Shown here in pieces: positions 61,224-64,000 of a stretch of DNA of 64,000 bases. Under the pieces are notes generated by a model, which did not search any database, was not told the origin of the DNA, and saw nothing but the letters and a program-made list of their open reading frames with translations. The translations under genes were made by a program, and so were the position numbers. This DNA comes from Burkholderiales bacterium (GTDB lineage: Bacteria > Pseudomonadota > Gammaproteobacteria > Burkholderiales > JAHFRG01), in the NCBI GenBank assembly GCA_035518095.1, contig DATIXX010000005.1, positions 421 to 64,420 of the forward strand, in the 5' to 3' direction. Each line of letters starts with the position of its first letter. Within the stretch, counting starts at the first letter, position 1.

Positions 61224-61741
61224 ACCTGGTCGGGTTCAGGCTTGAGCCGCAGCACTACCGCCAGCAGGGCTGAAAGCGCGGGCCATAAAAGAGACCCGGT
61301 CACGCTGCTCAAAAAATACCCCCATCCGATAAATTCTGCCCCACTGTAAACTTTGACCAGCAGGATTGCGAGCTGTGAAATGAGCAATAATGAAAGCACA
61401 TGCCAAACTTGCTCGCGTGGGCTAAACACCAGGGCGCGGCGGCGCACAATTATTGCAAGGTAGACAAGTAAGGAGTAGGCAAAAGCGTGTTCCCCCAGCA
61501 ATGTAGCGTCCGCCACGTCCATGAGCAGCCCCATTCCCCACGCGGTGCCGAACCCCACTTTGCGCGGCCAATGCATGCACCAGTAAAGCAGGATTAATGC
61601 TACAAAGTCAGGTCTGATGAGCAGCCCAAAGCCCGACCATGGCAACAGGTTAAGGAATAACGCGATCGCGAGGGAGAGGACGATGACGCTGGTCTTTACC
61701 GGAAGCAGAATTTCCTGTGCTTGTGCAGCTTGACTGGGCAT
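61220..61741 (-). CDS. mreD: Rod shape-determining protein MreD
   Basis: 173-aa hydrophobic protein between mreC and mrdA. Confidence 0.85.
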   Translation of the reverse strand: MPSQAAQAQEILLPVKTSVIVLSLAIALFLNLLPWSGFGLLIRPDFVALILLYWCMHWPRKVGFGTAWGMGLLMDVADATLLGEHAFAYSLLVYLAIIVRRRALVFSPREQVWHVLSLLLISQLAILLVKVYSGAEFIGWGYFLSSVTGSLLWPALSALLAVVLRLKPEPDQV

Positions 61742-62649
61742 TAGTTACCTCTCTTATTTTTTTTGGTCTTGGCCTGGCTTTTGGCTGAGGGGTCTGCTAT
61801 TTTTGTTTCGGGACCTTGGTTTGGCGACGTTAACACCAATACTTGCCGGTACTTGTTCACCCCTGCGCTGGGCGTGCAGAAGATGCGAGCAAACGCGTAA
61901 GCAGCATTGCGTTCAATTCTGGAAACTACCGCGACCGGCAGTCCATATGGATACGTTCCATCGATGCCCGATGTGACGAGTTGGTCACCTGTTTGAATAT
62001 CGGCATTGACTGGCATATAGCGCAGTTCCAGTCCCCCGGGTTCGCCCGCGCCAAACATCACCGCCCGCAGACCGTTGCGCACCACCTCTACGGGCACTGT
62101 CTGGTCCTTGTCGGTAACCAACGTGACTTCGCTCACGAATGGGTACGCGCGTGTTACTTGGCCGATGACTCCAAGATTATCCACCACTGCTTGACCGGGC
62201 CGGATTCCGTCCTGCCTGCCCTTATCAATGACAATGCGGCGCGAAAACAAGTCATGGCCGGAGTAAAGAATTTCCGCCAGCGCCGCGCTATCTTGAAGAC
62301 TATCGCGCGCCTTGAGCAGCCGCCGCAACTGATTATTTTCCTCTTCGAGCGCTTGATAACGTTGTAGCTGCCCGGCATTTAGCAGTTCCTGCTGTTTGAG
62401 CTTGGAATTTTCGTCCATCAGGTTGGATTGGGTCGCGAAAAAATCGCTTACACGACCCAAAATCAGGCTTGGCGCAGTGGCGAGTTTTTGCAAAGGATAG
62501 ATGACGACCGACAGCGAGAGCCGGAATGTTTCCAGGTATTTGAAGCGGGCATCGGAAACGAACAGCAGCAGGGATAGCAGCGTGAAAAAAACGAGTCGTG
62601 CGAAAGGGCTGGGACCGCGTCTAAAAAGAGGCGGAAGCTGAGTGTCCAT
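61741..62649 (-). CDS. mreC: Rod shape-determining protein MreC
   Basis: 302 aa. N-terminal anchor, coiled coil (ENNQLRRLL) and beta-barrel domains, with a Lys-rich tail. Confidence 0.9.
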   Translation of the reverse strand: MDTQLPPLFRRGPSPFARLVFFTLLSLLLFVSDARFKYLETFRLSLSVVIYPLQKLATAPSLILGRVSDFFATQSNLMDENSKLKQQELLNAGQLQRYQALEEENNQLRRLLKARDSLQDSAALAEILYSGHDLFSRRIVIDKGRQDGIRPGQAVVDNLGVIGQVTRAYPFVSEVTLVTDKDQTVPVEVVRNGLRAVMFGAGEPGGLELRYMPVNADIQTGDQLVTSGIDGTYPYGLPVAVVSRIERNAAYAFARIFCTPSAGVNKYRQVLVLTSPNQGPETKIADPSAKSQAKTKKNKRGN

Positions 62650-62746
62650 CAGTTTCGAGCTATGTGTTTTGAATCCCCCATCGGTTATACGCCAAAGTTT
62701 GCGTAAAATTTAATATGAAACGCGGAACTCGAAGTTGGGCCGAACA

Positions 62747-63805
<1,059 letters not shown>

Positions 63806-63926
63806 TTATAAAGGTGAGAGCTCCGACCGAATAAATTATAATACTCTATTATGCTTGAAGATTTAAAGGTTTAAAAGGCCGTATTCCGCATATATTTCGG
63901 AGAAAAGGCGTCCTCGCGCTAAACCT

Positions 63927-64000
63927 ATGGGTAACCAAAATAGGCCTCTGTCCCTAGACGATGTCAAACGCATCGCGTACTTGGCACGTATTGCAATCGA
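63927..64000 (+). CDS. gatC: Asp/Glu-tRNA amidotransferase subunit C, N-terminal fragment (runs off window)
   Basis: Own translation from ATG 63927: MGNQNRPLSLDDVKRIAYLARIAI.., matching the GatC start (..L..EDV..IA.LARL.L). It is divergent from mreB, as is common in betaproteobacteria. Confidence 0.7.
   Translation, partial: MGNQNRPLSLDDVKRIAYLARIAI

Overview
This 64-kb window reads as core chromosome of a betaproteobacterium. That lineage call rests only on synteny and protein motifs; no search was run. About 60 genes are densely packed, and most are recognisable housekeeping genes.

Main blocks in order:
- uppP and a TRAP transporter
- rhodanese, glnA, a DUF4124 gene and ntrBC
- xthA, prlC, and pyrC'-pyrB-pyrR-ruvX-yqgE
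- rsmE, typA, argA, a HAMP-PAS-GGDEF-EAL sensor, yggX, rpiA, ilvA, slt and cca
- metK-ahcY-metF
- dapF, a DUF484 gene, xerC and rlmI
- rlpA-rodA-mrdA-mreDCB, with a divergent gatC

I saw no rRNA, tRNA, CRISPR array, prophage or recognisable defence system.

The parts worth a second look:
1. A ~3-kb islet (54.3-57.3 kb) between rlmI and rlpA. It holds three envelope proteins that each carry a cysteine motif: TlpA-like WCDPC, a beta-barrel with N-terminal CASCGC, and a DUF2946-like protein with CAWC. An IS3-family transposase relic sits at one edge.
2. An orphan stretch downstream of metF (43.9-45.5 kb), including a 215-aa Cys/His protein.
3. Three disrupted reading frames: an amber codon in a 4-EF-hand protein, a +1 insertion in an A7 run of a DUF4124-glutaredoxin-like gene, and an indel in an FAD disulfide reductase.
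4. Two well-spaced sigma-54 promoters plus an NtrC-type site around glnA and ntrBC.
5. An unexplained 400-bp gap between dapF and the yigA/DUF484 homologue that looks GC-rich by eye.

All family assignments come from motif recognition by eye and need HMM or BLAST confirmation.
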